A stretch of DNA of 64,000 bases from an uncultured Desulfobacter sp. (GCA_963665095.1 OY762069.1:896001-960000), one strand, 5' to 3'. Counted from the stretch's first letter, positions 1-9,916 are shown. The notes: a model not told the origin generated them from the sequence alone. A program made the numbers and translations.

Positions 1-232
1 CAAGCTGAACCTCTAAGGAGCGCCCTGCTGTCATAAGGATTTCATCCAGCGCTTCCCTCAGCGTCCCTTTATGAAAGGCCCGGGATTTTGCCAGATCCAC
101 CAGTGCCTGGTTCATTTTACGGTGCTTACTCATACCCTGTTCCTGGGCGGCAACATATTTACCTTCCAGGGGCTGTCCCTTTTCATGCGGCTCCTGGTCA
201 CTCAATTTTCGGTCTATGGGTTTAGAGGCCAT
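1..232 (-). CDS. N-terminal part of a probable GAF-domain signalling protein (runs off the window)
   Basis: Hand translation from ATG at 232 (AGGAG RBS upstream): MASKPID...ALVDLAKSRAFHKGTLREALDEILMTAGRSLEVQL, open to the window edge; resembles a GAF N-terminal helix. Confidence 0.5.
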   Translation of the reverse strand, partial: MASKPIDRKLSDQEPHEKGQPLEGKYVAAQEQGMSKHRKMNQALVDLAKSRAFHKGTLREALDEILMTAGRSLEVQL

Positions 233-256
233 GAGATCACTCCTGATAAATATATG

Positions 257-1117
257 TCAGATATTGAGCCGGATGCCGTCCTGGTAGGCAATGCTCCTGG
301 ACCACCTGCCAATGGCGTCATCATTATTGGCTGCCATCATCAGCCGTTCAATACCAAATCCCATGCCTGCCCAGCACTCGGTAATGCCCCATGCCGGATC
401 CAGGGGGTGGGGGCCAATGGCACCGGAGGCAAGCTCGGTGTCGCTGGGCAGGTGGACTAAATCCAGGGTAGCCCCATAGACATCAGATGCCTCGGTTTCA
501 AACTGAACATCAGCGATCCCGGCTGCATCGGCCACACGGCCTGCCAGGTCCTTAAGCCTTTCCATTAATTTTTCAGGTGCCGGGTCAGGGGTTTCAGAAC
601 CCATTTCCACCAGGTTGAGCATGGTAAATTCGTTGTTGTGCCGGGCCCCGTCAGATTCCTTTCTGAAGCAGGATCCCATCTCAAAAAAGCGGATGGGTCT
701 TTGGGGGAGCCTTCCAAAATCAAGCATAAGACTGTACAGATTCGTGGCAAGCATGGGACGCAAACACTGCCGGTCATTGATCCAGAAGACCTGTTTGAAC
801 AACGGATGATCTACGGTAATGGTCATTTTTGCCAGGGCCGTTCTGGTAATAATGGTAGGGGTGTAAACCCTGGCAAAGCCCTCTTTCATGAGCAGATCAC
901 AAATCTTTTCTTTCATCACCTCAATCTGAGGTCGCAGGCTCTGGGTCAGAAAATGGGACAACTGTCCCCGGGCCTGTTTCACCATCTCTTTTTCAAGTTT
1001 CTGAAACGCCTGGTTTCTTTCTGCTGATGTGTGAAATGCAAGCGTCAAGGCATCGGAAGAGGCTTTCAGCTCTTTGAGACGGGCCGCCTGGGTCTGTGTC
1101 CATGCAAAAGTTGTCAA
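257..1117 (-). CDS. pylSc: Pyrrolysyl-tRNA synthetase, C-terminal catalytic subunit
   Basis: Class II aaRS motifs CLRPMLATNLY, FEMGSCFRKESDG, EFTMLNLVEMG, WAGMGFGIERL; TTG start with GGAGG RBS. Confidence 0.97.
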   Translation of the reverse strand: MTTFAWTQTQAARLKELKASSDALTLAFHTSAERNQAFQKLEKEMVKQARGQLSHFLTQSLRPQIEVMKEKICDLLMKEGFARVYTPTIITRTALAKMTITVDHPLFKQVFWINDRQCLRPMLATNLYSLMLDFGRLPQRPIRFFEMGSCFRKESDGARHNNEFTMLNLVEMGSETPDPAPEKLMERLKDLAGRVADAAGIADVQFETEASDVYGATLDLVHLPSDTELASGAIGPHPLDPAWGITECWAGMGFGIERLMMAANNDDAIGRWSRSIAYQDGIRLNI

Positions 1118-1137
1118 AAAAAGTCCCTCCCTTAAAC

Positions 1138-1971
1138 TTACGCTAATAGATTTACAGCCATGGCTGCCACCCCAAGTTCAAGCTTATCATGAACCAGGCG
1201 CGCCTTGATCCTGTCAAGCCAGCTGTCTGAAATTCCCAGAGGCACGCCCGGTGCGGCCACCCTCATCTGTTCCCCAATCAGATGGTCGGGGATGGTATGG
1301 GCGACAGGGGTTGCCTCCAAAACCAGGTTGACCTCGGTCAATGCCGTTGTCACATCTGTTGAAACCCGGATGTCCCGGTTTCCCCATGGGGTCTGAAGCC
1401 TGTTCTGCAACGCATTGGATATGTCCGGTTTGATGTCGTACAAAATAAGATCTGCCCCGAGGGACAAAAGCTTTTCAGCTGCGGATTCCCCCACAGGTCC
1501 GCACCCCATGACAAGCACAGCTTTATGTGCAAGCGTGCCGGCCATCAACTCCAGGGCCGAAGCATAGACCTGACCCGTCAGTATGGTATTGTCTGACACA
1601 ACCTTACTGCCCAGATTGATTCCCACAAACCGGTCATCATCTGCCATCATCACAGCGTCTGCCCCGCTTTCATACGCTCCGGCAAGACCTGAAACATCTG
1701 AATTTTCTGCTATGGATGCCGCAAACCCTAAATGGGACAAAATGGCACATACTGTTTCTGAAAACCGGGATATCTCCCCAAGGCCTGAGGTAACCGGTAC
1801 CACCTGAATGGTAAACCTTCGGGCCTGCTCATGCACCAGATTTTCATTCCTTTCCAGACAGTGGCAGGCAATCCCCAACAGGCTTTTACCGGTTGTCTCA
1901 ATCAACTGCCGGTCACAGGCCGCAAGGGCGTGTTCAATTGGCGTGATGTCTTTAGTTGTCAAACGGGTCAA
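1138..1971 (-). CDS. pylD: Pyrrolysine synthase (3-methylornithyl-N6-lysine dehydrogenase)
   Basis: MTRL start, VPVTSGLGEI, MADDDRF, Rossmann GCGPVG, HDKLELGVAAM; position in the pyl cluster. Confidence 0.95.
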   Translation of the reverse strand: MTRLTTKDITPIEHALAACDRQLIETTGKSLLGIACHCLERNENLVHEQARRFTIQVVPVTSGLGEISRFSETVCAILSHLGFAASIAENSDVSGLAGAYESGADAVMMADDDRFVGINLGSKVVSDNTILTGQVYASALELMAGTLAHKAVLVMGCGPVGESAAEKLLSLGADLILYDIKPDISNALQNRLQTPWGNRDIRVSTDVTTALTEVNLVLEATPVAHTIPDHLIGEQMRVAAPGVPLGISDSWLDRIKARLVHDKLELGVAAMAVNLLA

Positions 1972-3161
1972 ATGACAGTTGCCTCCTGGTTGGTTTTGAC
2001 AGCGATACTCTTTTTAATTAAACTGGCGGTCACTGCTTTTTTCTTTTCAATATCTTCAAAACTGCTGCCGGTATAAATCATGGTGGCCACCCATACCTCT
2101 TTGCCGGCAGAAAAACTGGTAATGGCCTCATCCGCGCCCAGGAATCCTTTGATCAACTTCAACGGCCCACGTTTACCCATGCACCCTTCACCCAGGATCT
2201 CCAACTGGTCCCCATCGACCCTTATATGTTCAACCACGGCGTGCCTGGCTTTATCTTTCCGGTTATAGACAGGAACGTTTCTGCCGGTAAAAAGAGAACC
2301 TAACGCCGCAACCATATTAAATCCTGAGGCGTGATATACCGCCATGGGGGTCTGGCTTGGAAACCGGGCGTCAATTTCAAGCAGTCTGAGTTCATCCTCA
2401 TGCAGAATCACCTCCAGATCCATGATCCCTCGCAACTGTATCTCTTCAGCAATGGTAACAGCCATCTGCTCAAAGCGCCGGATCAATTTTTCGGACAGTT
2501 TTGACGGTGCCAGCACCCGGCAGCAGTCCCACTCCCGGTCCATATCAAGATCTGTGACCTGGAGGGGAAGATAGTGGTTGGGCAACCCTATAATTTCAAT
2601 GGAGAAACTTGGGCCTGTAAGATACTCCTGGATAATCAGGTTCTCCGGCAGGTTCTCAGATAGATTCTCTGTATGGAGATCGGTTGAGAAAAAAGCATCC
2701 AAGGCAGGCCTGGATTCAAACACCCGGACGCCTTTGGACCCGCTGGCATTGTCCGGTTTGGATATCACAGGGAATTCACAGTCTGGCCAGTAACGGGGTG
2801 CCGGAAGCTTTAAAGTCTTGAACAACCGGTCTGATGCGCGTTTTGAACAGCTTAGGGAAAAGGCGGAAAGATCAAAGGCCAGGGGAATATCCATCTGCCT
2901 GGCCCATTCCCTGATATTGTTAAGGGCTGACAGGTCTTCCAGTGCCGGCAGAATCAAATCAATCGGGGGCAGGTTTTTTGGCATTTCAGGGCCGAAGTCA
3001 CTGTTAAACAGGCTGAAATCATATTGCACAAAGGCATCGCACAGACCCAATGCAGGCGGGTCAGGATCTTTATCCATTACAAGGGTATTCCATCCTGCTT
3101 TCCGGGCAAGGTAGGCAACTTCCACCCCCTGGAGCCTGCCGCCCACAATGGCCACTAACAT
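1968..3161 (-). CDS. pylC: 3-methylornithine--L-lysine ligase (ATP-grasp)
   Basis: VGGRLQGVEVAYLARKAG and EIDARFPSQTP motifs; overlaps pylB and pylD. Confidence 0.96.
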   Translation of the reverse strand: MLVAIVGGRLQGVEVAYLARKAGWNTLVMDKDPDPPALGLCDAFVQYDFSLFNSDFGPEMPKNLPPIDLILPALEDLSALNNIREWARQMDIPLAFDLSAFSLSCSKRASDRLFKTLKLPAPRYWPDCEFPVISKPDNASGSKGVRVFESRPALDAFFSTDLHTENLSENLPENLIIQEYLTGPSFSIEIIGLPNHYLPLQVTDLDMDREWDCCRVLAPSKLSEKLIRRFEQMAVTIAEEIQLRGIMDLEVILHEDELRLLEIDARFPSQTPMAVYHASGFNMVAALGSLFTGRNVPVYNRKDKARHAVVEHIRVDGDQLEILGEGCMGKRGPLKLIKGFLGADEAITSFSAGKEVWVATMIYTGSSFEDIEKKKAVTASLIKKSIAVKTNQEATVI

Positions 3162-4267
3162 GTCGTCTCCTCCCTGTCAAAGAGGTGTTTCTTGACCGTT
3201 GCCAGACGTTTCTCCACCCAGGTCTGGTAATCAAGAGGTGTTGCCGCCGTCAGTCCGCAGGCGTCAATGGCCGGCAGAATTTTTTCCAGGGACCGTCTGG
3301 ACAGATCAATGTCCAGACAGGGGTTTGCAACGCCGGAAAGCCCCTTCTCAGGCGGAACAATGGAGGTGACCACATTGGCCCCGGCTTTGAGTCGTGATTT
3401 AAGGCCGTCAAGGCCTCTGATATCCAGGGACGCCGGGATCAGCACATCCCCAAGCACCAGACGCATCACTGCAATAGTGACCAGCTCCCGGAGGTCACCG
3501 CCAAAGGGCTTGCCCCACATGGGGGTCTCCTCCTGGGGCACAAAGGTCATGGCCCGGGCCTGGTCCACCCCGAATGCCTTCATCCAGAGAATGGAGTCTG
3601 CAATATCTGCGACACGCTCCCCCACATGGAGCAAAATGCCTTCTTCCACCAGCATGCCGTTTTTTCTGGCATGGTGCTTGGCTTCAAGACGCTGGTAAAA
3701 ATCCTGGTTCACCCTGAGGTTACGGAAAAGGGATTTTGAGTGGGTCTCCTGGTAACAGGCGTACCAGGTGGCCCCTTTGCAGCCAAGCTGTGCCAGCACC
3801 TTTTCGGGCAGAAGACCCGGCGAGGCCATCACGGGAAGACCGGTTTGATGCCGGATCTGCTCCACAAGATTGATGAGGGGAGTAAATCCTGAAGCCCCAT
3901 TGTTGAACAACGCCGGATCCTCTCCCATGGTCAGATCAATGAGATGCACCCCGCTTTGGGCCATCTCAACGGCTGTTTCAATGATGCTTTCGGCACTTTT
4001 GCGATACCTGACAAGGCGTAAGTTCTCTTTACGGAAGCTGCAGAACCGGCAGTTGTTCCGGCAATGGGTGGAAAAGTAGATAAACCCGTATAAAAAAATC
4101 TGATTTTCAAAGTATCGGGCTCTGACAAAGCGGGCAGCCTCGAACAGGGCTTCAATCTGGGCGGGATCTTCAAGGCACAGCAGGTCCTCAATCTCTTCTT
4201 TTACCGGTGTGCCGCCGTTTTTCAGGCGGATGAGAAGGTCAGACAACCGCTGGTCTGTGAGTTTCAT
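3155..4267 (-). CDS. pylB: Methylornithine synthase (radical SAM)
   Basis: CRNNCRFC radical-SAM motif, HLIDLTMGEDP, IPASLD, GANVVTSIVPP. Confidence 0.96.
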   Translation of the reverse strand: MKLTDQRLSDLLIRLKNGGTPVKEEIEDLLCLEDPAQIEALFEAARFVRARYFENQIFLYGFIYFSTHCRNNCRFCSFRKENLRLVRYRKSAESIIETAVEMAQSGVHLIDLTMGEDPALFNNGASGFTPLINLVEQIRHQTGLPVMASPGLLPEKVLAQLGCKGATWYACYQETHSKSLFRNLRVNQDFYQRLEAKHHARKNGMLVEEGILLHVGERVADIADSILWMKAFGVDQARAMTFVPQEETPMWGKPFGGDLRELVTIAVMRLVLGDVLIPASLDIRGLDGLKSRLKAGANVVTSIVPPEKGLSGVANPCLDIDLSRRSLEKILPAIDACGLTAATPLDYQTWVEKRLATVKKHLFDREETTC

Positions 4268-4638
4268 GGGGTGTTCTTTTCCAGCATGCTGCCCTGGTGG
4301 CGTTTAAACAGGGTAGATGCGTATTTTTCAAGTTTCCACTCCGGCACGCCGCAGTTGGGGCAGACCGAGACAAACCACTTGTTTCTCAACCACCGTCCGG
4401 CCCGGCTGTTCATGGAGTTTTTGGCAATGAACACTTTACCGCAATGGGTGGTGATCCGGGCGGTCTGGGTAGCACCGCTGGTGCTGCTGGCAGGCCCGAG
4501 GATTTCAATGGACCGGATGCCGTGGAGCTGGCCTGTGCGGGAGGGCCACAGCTTGATCTTTTCAATCAGGTTGAACAGGCGCACCCGTTTTCGGATATAG
4601 CGTTTTTTTCCCGGTTTTTTGGGTTTCGGGTCTGTCAT
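4264..4638 (-). CDS. pylSn: Pyrrolysyl-tRNA synthetase, N-terminal tRNA-binding subunit
   Basis: KIKLWPSRTGQLHGI, THCG, NSRAGRWLRNK, CPNCGVPEWKLEKY. Confidence 0.95.
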   Translation of the reverse strand: MTDPKPKKPGKKRYIRKRVRLFNLIEKIKLWPSRTGQLHGIRSIEILGPASSTSGATQTARITTHCGKVFIAKNSMNSRAGRWLRNKWFVSVCPNCGVPEWKLEKYASTLFKRHQGSMLEKNTP

Positions 4639-4659
4639 GGTTTTGTTTCTGGGTTTTAG

Positions 4660-4710
4660 GCAGATGCTAAAAGGCTGCCTGGTTTACCAGGATGGCTTTT
4701 TAGCATCTGC
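4660..4710 (-). terminator. Long hairpin between pylT and pylSn (terminator or processing stem)
   Basis: GCAGATGCTAAAA...TTTTAGCATCTGC inverted repeat with inner CCTGG-TTTA-CCAGG. Confidence 0.5.
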
Positions 4711-4716
4711 CGGTTG

Positions 4717-4790
4717 TGGCGGAGAGCCCGGGAGTCGCACCCGGCTGCATGGATTTAGAGTCCATGTGATCCCAATCCGATCCACCCTCC
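4717..4790 (-). tRNA. pylT: tRNA-Pyl (anticodon CUA)
   Basis: Reverse complement folds as GGAGGGU-G-GAUC-GGAUUGG-GAUC-A-CAUGGA-CU-CUA-AA-UCCAUG-CAG-CCGGG-UGCGACU-CCCGG-GCUCUCC-G-CCA: 6-bp anticodon stem, 3-nt variable loop, single base between acceptor and D stems, encoded CCA. Confidence 0.97.
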
Positions 4791-4799
4791 ATATTCTGT

Positions 4800-4932
4800 T
4801 TGGACGGGAATTTGTCCAGATGCAAGGCGCAAGCAAGGTTGAAACTGCAAGCGTACTAAAGTACGTGAGGCCCGATTATATGATTTGGCAACTTTGTGCA
4901 GCAACGCCGCAGGTGGGTGAATTCCCGTTCAA
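4800..4932. repeat. ~133-bp intergenic element with terminal inverted repeats (REP/MITE-like)
   Basis: TTGGACGGGAATT ... AATTCCCGTTCAA (12/13 inverted match). Confidence 0.45.
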
Positions 4933-4935
4933 GCA

Positions 4936-7407
4936 CTATGCTTTGATTTTGCTGTTTGTTGGATCGTACATAGGCTTCAGGGAGACCTCTGCCGGATACA
5001 CCTTGTCGGCTATGGTGATTTCCCATTTCCCTTCGTCAATGTACGCCTGGGTTACAGGCTGTCCGTCACCGGTTTCAATCATGAACAGGCCAACAGCTCC
5101 GCCCAATGTCCAGCAGTAAGACCCGGTCCTGACGTATCCGGCTTTTTCACCGTTCCTGGTAATAATCTCAGCATGGAACAGCAGCGGATCCGGATCCAGC
5201 ACCTTGATCTGTGCCATACGCCGGGTCAACGGACCTTCAGCCTTTTTCTTCTCGCAGGCTTCCTTGCCGATGAAACCACCGGATTTGTTCATCTTGACGC
5301 AGAACCCCAAACCCACTTCAAAGGGATCATCGGTGTTGTCAATGTCATGGCCGTAGTCGCGGTAGCCTTTTTCCAGACGCAGACTGCCTAAAGCTTTCAA
5401 ACCGGCATGGGTCATGCCGAACTCTTTGCCCTTCTCCACAAGGATGTCGTAGATGTGAAGGGTGTGCTCCACAGGGATGTAAAGCTCGTATCCCAGCTCG
5501 CCCAGGTAGGTGATCCGCACACAGTAGGCCTTGCCGTAGCCGATGTTGATCTCTTCCACATGGCGGAAGGGAAAAGCCTCGTTGCTCATGTCCGCATCAG
5601 TGACCGCCTGCATCAGTTCCCGGGATTTGGGCCCCTGGATATTGATCTGGGAGTAGGCACCTGTCATGTCAGTGACAAAACAGTGGGCATCCGCTGGAAT
5701 ATGGCGTTTCAGCCAGGTCAGGGAGTGGCGCAGCATGGTGTCGGTGACCACTACCAAAAATTTCTCCTCCTCCAGTTTGGCAACAGTGAGGTCGGCTTCC
5801 ATCTTGCCCCGCTCATTGAGCCATGGGGTATAGGTGATCTGTCCCACAGGTCCGTTCACCTCGTTGGTGGACAGGTAGTCCAGGACTTTTCCGGCATCAC
5901 GCCCCTGGACCAGGAATTTGCACATAAAGGACATGTCCATGAGAATGACATTCTCACGGGCGGCTTTATGCTCTGCTTCCCAGTAGGCAAACCAGTCATC
6001 TTTATACCAGGAATGCGCTTTGATAACCGCCTCTTTACCCTCGGGCGCAAACCAGTCCGCACCTTCCCAGCCGCTGACCTCTTTGAAGTAGGCACCGGCA
6101 TTTTTCAGGCGGTCATAGATGGCAGAAGTCTTGGCACCCCTGGCCGTTTCCATGGGCTGGTAGGGATAGTGGCACTTGTACACCTTGCCCAAAGACTCAA
6201 CGGTTCTGTTCTTTCTGTACTCAATGTTGTTCTGGTAGGTGTGCAGACGGTCCATGTTGAAGCCTGTGATATCCACGCCGGGATCGCCGTCCAGGATCCA
6301 GTGGGCCATCATGCGGCCAAGGCCCGGTCCCATGATGATGCCGATGGAGTTCAGACCTGCGCACACAAAGTAGTTTTTCAGCTCCGGTGCCTCCCCAATA
6401 ATGGGGGAGAGGTCGGCGGTGAAACTTTCGGGGCCGCAGAAGAACTTCTTGATTCCCAGCTCCTTGGTCAGGGGTACACGGTCCATGGCGGTTTCAAGGA
6501 AGGGGCCCATGCGGTCCCAGTCCGGTTCGATCTCGCCGAATGAGAAGTCCTCAGGCACTTTTTTCAGCTTCCAGGGCGCGCATACCGGTTCAAACAGACC
6601 GATCATAAGCCCGCCCACCTCCTCACGGTAGTAACCGTAACGGGAGGGGTCTTCGAGAACCGGCATGTTCTTGGGCAGGTTGTCGATCTCTTCGGTGATC
6701 AGGTAGTAGTGCTCGGTGGACTGGTTGGGGATGTTGACACCGGCGGCATTTCCGAGCTGCCGTGCCCACATGCCGGCACAGTTCACAACGATTTCAGCCT
6801 GGATATCGCCCTTGTCGGTTTTAACCCCCACCACCTTGCCGTCTTTTTTAATGATGCCGGTGCAAGGGGTCTTTTCAATGATGTTCACGCCCTGCATTCT
6901 GGCGCCCTTGGCCAGGGCCATGGTGCCGTCAACCGGGTTGACCCGGCCGTCTTCCTTTACATAGAAGCCTGCTTCAAGGTCGCTGACTTCGGCTAAGGGG
7001 AAGAGGTCTTTTATCTCTTTGGGGGAGATTTCATGGACATCCACACCACAGTAGCGGTTGAATGTGGCAACACGGCGGAACTCTTCAAGACGATCCCGGT
7101 TGGAGGCGGCCTCAATGAAGCCGATGGGGGCGAACCCGCTGGAAAGACCTGTTTCAGCTTCCAGGCCGGCATAAAGATTGCGGCCGTACTTTCTCATGTC
7201 GGTCACGGTTTCAGACAGGGACCCAAAGGTGACCATGAGGCCTGCTGCGTGCCAGGTGGTGCCGGAGGTGAGTTCATCACGCTCCAGCAGGACCACGTCT
7301 TTGCAGCCCATATGCCCCAGGTGGTAGGCGATGGAGGTACCGATGATACCACCGCCGATGATCACCACCCTGGCATGTGAGGGCATAGTATTAGTAGTAT
7401 TTCCCAT
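4936..7407 (-). CDS. GcvT-family FAD-dependent oxidoreductase (dimethylglycine/sarcosine dehydrogenase-like)
   Basis: GGGIIG FAD motif, TSGTTWHAAGL, C-terminal GcvT domain (RITYLGELGYELY, SLRLEKGY). Confidence 0.9.
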   Translation of the reverse strand: MGNTTNTMPSHARVVIIGGGIIGTSIAYHLGHMGCKDVVLLERDELTSGTTWHAAGLMVTFGSLSETVTDMRKYGRNLYAGLEAETGLSSGFAPIGFIEAASNRDRLEEFRRVATFNRYCGVDVHEISPKEIKDLFPLAEVSDLEAGFYVKEDGRVNPVDGTMALAKGARMQGVNIIEKTPCTGIIKKDGKVVGVKTDKGDIQAEIVVNCAGMWARQLGNAAGVNIPNQSTEHYYLITEEIDNLPKNMPVLEDPSRYGYYREEVGGLMIGLFEPVCAPWKLKKVPEDFSFGEIEPDWDRMGPFLETAMDRVPLTKELGIKKFFCGPESFTADLSPIIGEAPELKNYFVCAGLNSIGIIMGPGLGRMMAHWILDGDPGVDITGFNMDRLHTYQNNIEYRKNRTVESLGKVYKCHYPYQPMETARGAKTSAIYDRLKNAGAYFKEVSGWEGADWFAPEGKEAVIKAHSWYKDDWFAYWEAEHKAARENVILMDMSFMCKFLVQGRDAGKVLDYLSTNEVNGPVGQITYTPWLNERGKMEADLTVAKLEEEKFLVVVTDTMLRHSLTWLKRHIPADAHCFVTDMTGAYSQINIQGPKSRELMQAVTDADMSNEAFPFRHVEEINIGYGKAYCVRITYLGELGYELYIPVEHTLHIYDILVEKGKEFGMTHAGLKALGSLRLEKGYRDYGHDIDNTDDPFEVGLGFCVKMNKSGGFIGKEACEKKKAEGPLTRRMAQIKVLDPDPLLFHAEIITRNGEKAGYVRTGSYCWTLGGAVGLFMIETGDGQPVTQAYIDEGKWEITIADKVYPAEVSLKPMYDPTNSKIKA

Positions 7408-7424
7408 TTATAATCCTTTAATAA

Positions 7425-8894
7425 CTATTCAATTCCCAACTCTTTTTCTGCTTCCACCACTATGGATCTGATCTTCTGAAGCACCTCTTCAGGCAACGGA
7501 TCAGGCGTATGGTTTTCTAAAATGAACTGCACCTTTTGCAACGCTCTTTCATATGCGTTGGTGGCGCCTCTCTTCTCCCAGGAAGCCCTCATTCTTCTGT
7601 CAATAAGTTCAGGGGCTGACTGGCTTCTCATATGGCTGTATGTGTGCTTGTGCATGAGAAAATCTCCGCCAGGTCCCACCTCCTTGATGGGGTCTAATGC
7701 AAGAGTCTCATCATTCACGGGAATTCCCATGACGGTATGTTTGATCATACGCGCAAACTCACAATCAAGAACCAGCTGACCAAAATCAAAGGTGATGCCG
7801 CTTTCAAGCATCCCCGGACCGTAAATCATATTGGCACCTGCCAATGCGGGTATCAGTCCGGTAAGAGTCTTTTCATGGCCAGTCTGGACATCGGATATTT
7901 TTGAATCGCCCTAGCCACCGGCAACATAGCTCGGCAGTGCATAGTACCGGGCCAGCCGGGCAACCGCCCCGCTGATCACAGCACACTCAGGGGTTCCAAC
8001 GCTTGCAGATGCAAGTTTAAGGTCCATGGCAGTGGTTGAACTGCCGTAGATCACCGGCGTTCCCTTACGGGTCAGCTGGGCCAGGGTAATGCCGGAAAGT
8101 ACTTCGGCATTGTGGTTCACAAGGGTCCCTGCCAGGGTAACCGGGGCAGTGCCGCCGGACATGGCCATGGACAGAATATTGCACACCACATTGTTCTTTG
8201 CAGACTCCATGATGATTTCGCAGCAGTCTGAAATCAGGGTCAAAGGGCTTACCGGGCAGGTGGTAAAGGAGACAAGGGGACGTTCCTTGAACTTCTTGAT
8301 CCCGCCGGCAATGGCATGGCCCATCTCAAGAATCTTGTTGAGGAACTTTCCATTCACCGGACCAAAGGCGCAGTGCTTGGTGGTGTTGGTCAGGTAGGCC
8401 TCGGCATTGTGCAGGGCAACGGCACCCTGATCCACGTCATGGGCACCCATGGCCTTTTCACAGAAATCGATCTCCGGCAGATAGTCGATGACCCTGGCGG
8501 AGTCCACCAGGTCTTTTTTGGTGGGTTCCCGGGGTTCGCCGGTGTAGGGGTCGTTGACCATGACCCCTTCGCTGAAGTTGGTAAAATGGACCCGGGTATT
8601 TTCCAGCACAATATCGTGCTTGGGGTCCCGCCCATACAAAATAACTTTGGGTGGTGCCGAACGGATGGCATCCTCCACCACATAGGGGGGAATCTTCACC
8701 CTCCTGGTGTCGTGGTCGACAATGGCCCCACCCTGTTCAAAGCACTCCCGGGCGGCCTGGTCTTCCACAAACACCCCGGTTTCGCTTAAGACTTCCAGGG
8801 TACCGTAGTGGATATCCTGAAGCTCGTCATCCGTGAGGATGTTGAGACTCAGGCCGGAACCAATCTGTCTGCCCGCATGCAGGTTTCGTTTCAT
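7425..8894 (-). CDS. mttB: Pyrrolysine-containing trimethylamine:corrinoid methyltransferase (in-frame amber at 7911-7913, ~489 aa)
   Basis: ORFs 7911..8951 and 7425..7844 are in one frame joined by TAG: ...PSYVAGG-(TAG)-GDSKISDVQTGHEKT...GANMIYGPGMLE; start MKRN at 8894 (alternative 8900). Confidence 0.93.
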
Positions 8895-9030
8895 GTGCAT
8901 TGTCCTTGTCTGTTGACGGTCAGATAATCGTCCCTGATTGAGGGAAAACACTGACCAGTTAAGCTTTGGCGGATTTTCCGCGATAATTCAGGTTGACTTT
9001 AGGATTTTTTCCAATTATTGTCAACCAGAA

Positions 9031-9043
9031 ATTGTCGAACAAT
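9031..9043. promoter_or_regulatory. Putative GntR/FadR-type operator
   Basis: Palindrome ATTGT-CGA-ACAAT in the divergent mttB/gntR intergenic region. Confidence 0.45.
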
Positions 9044-9178
9044 CTGGCACAGGGAGAAATCAATTACACCGGATCTAACCAGACCGAAAAAAACTTCAAG
9101 CCCTGGGAGAACAGATCATAAGCCGGCTGGAACGCCCCCCGTTCCAAGGCAGCTGTACCAGGGCAGAATGGAGATAAA

Positions 9179-9847
9179 ATGATAGTGACCCAGGAAGACC
9201 AGGCATACACTAAAATTAAAGTAGCCATCAGCAAAGGCTATATAAAAAAAGGAAGCAAACTCAAGGAGATCCCCTTGTCCAAGAGCCTTGACATGAGCAG
9301 GGCCACGGTCAAGGGTGCCATCAAACGGCTGGTATTTGAAGGATTGGCCGAGCATGTCCCTAACAAAGGGGTGAGTGTGGTCACGCCCACATTAGAGGAG
9401 ATCAACCAGACATTCCAGGTCAGGGCCCAGCTGGAGCAGATGGCAGTCACCCTGGCCCAGCCCAACCTTTTGCCCGAGGATTACCAGCGCCTGAAGGATC
9501 TGGTCCGCCAGGAGGCGGCACTGTTAAAAACCGGAGAGCTGGAAGGCTACTACGAGATCAATGACGCCTTTCATCTGCACATCGTTGAAAAATCCGGTAA
9601 CCAGGTCCTGGTGCAGTATGTAAGGGATCTGCTCCAGAGGACAAACATCTACCTGGTGCTGTTTGATCCCTTTTATCAGATAGTGGATATGAGCACCCAC
9701 TCTCCGGTTGAACACACGGAAATCCTTAAATTTATGGAAAACGGGGATACGGATGCCGCCGGCAAGGCCATGAAGCAGCACCTTGCCAGCACCGTCAGTG
9801 ACATAGATATGGATCTGCTCTATCCCAAAGATTATTTATCAGTATAA
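9179..9847 (+). CDS. GntR family (FCD) transcriptional regulator
   Basis: wHTH LSKSLDMSRATVKGAIKRLVFEGL; FCD INDAFHLHI...EHTEI. Confidence 0.93.
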   Translation: MIVTQEDQAYTKIKVAISKGYIKKGSKLKEIPLSKSLDMSRATVKGAIKRLVFEGLAEHVPNKGVSVVTPTLEEINQTFQVRAQLEQMAVTLAQPNLLPEDYQRLKDLVRQEAALLKTGELEGYYEINDAFHLHIVEKSGNQVLVQYVRDLLQRTNIYLVLFDPFYQIVDMSTHSPVEHTEILKFMENGDTDAAGKAMKQHLASTVSDIDMDLLYPKDYLSV

Positions 9848-9916
9848 GAAGGCCTTTCTTAACAGAAAGAAATCTGAAAAGCACATGAGCAACAAAATAA
9901 AGAGGAGTAAGTTACC

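Noticed and set aside
4876..4938. TAG stop of the dehydrogenase as a second Pyl read-through site
   Set aside because: The protein is already complete at its normal C-terminus; read-through adds only ~19 residues of repeat-derived sequence before TAA.
5407..6543. 378-aa plus-strand ORF and similar long antisense ORFs (e.g. 12223-13158, 14136-14879)
   Set aside because: Shadow frames opposite well-supported genes, with no recognisable motifs.
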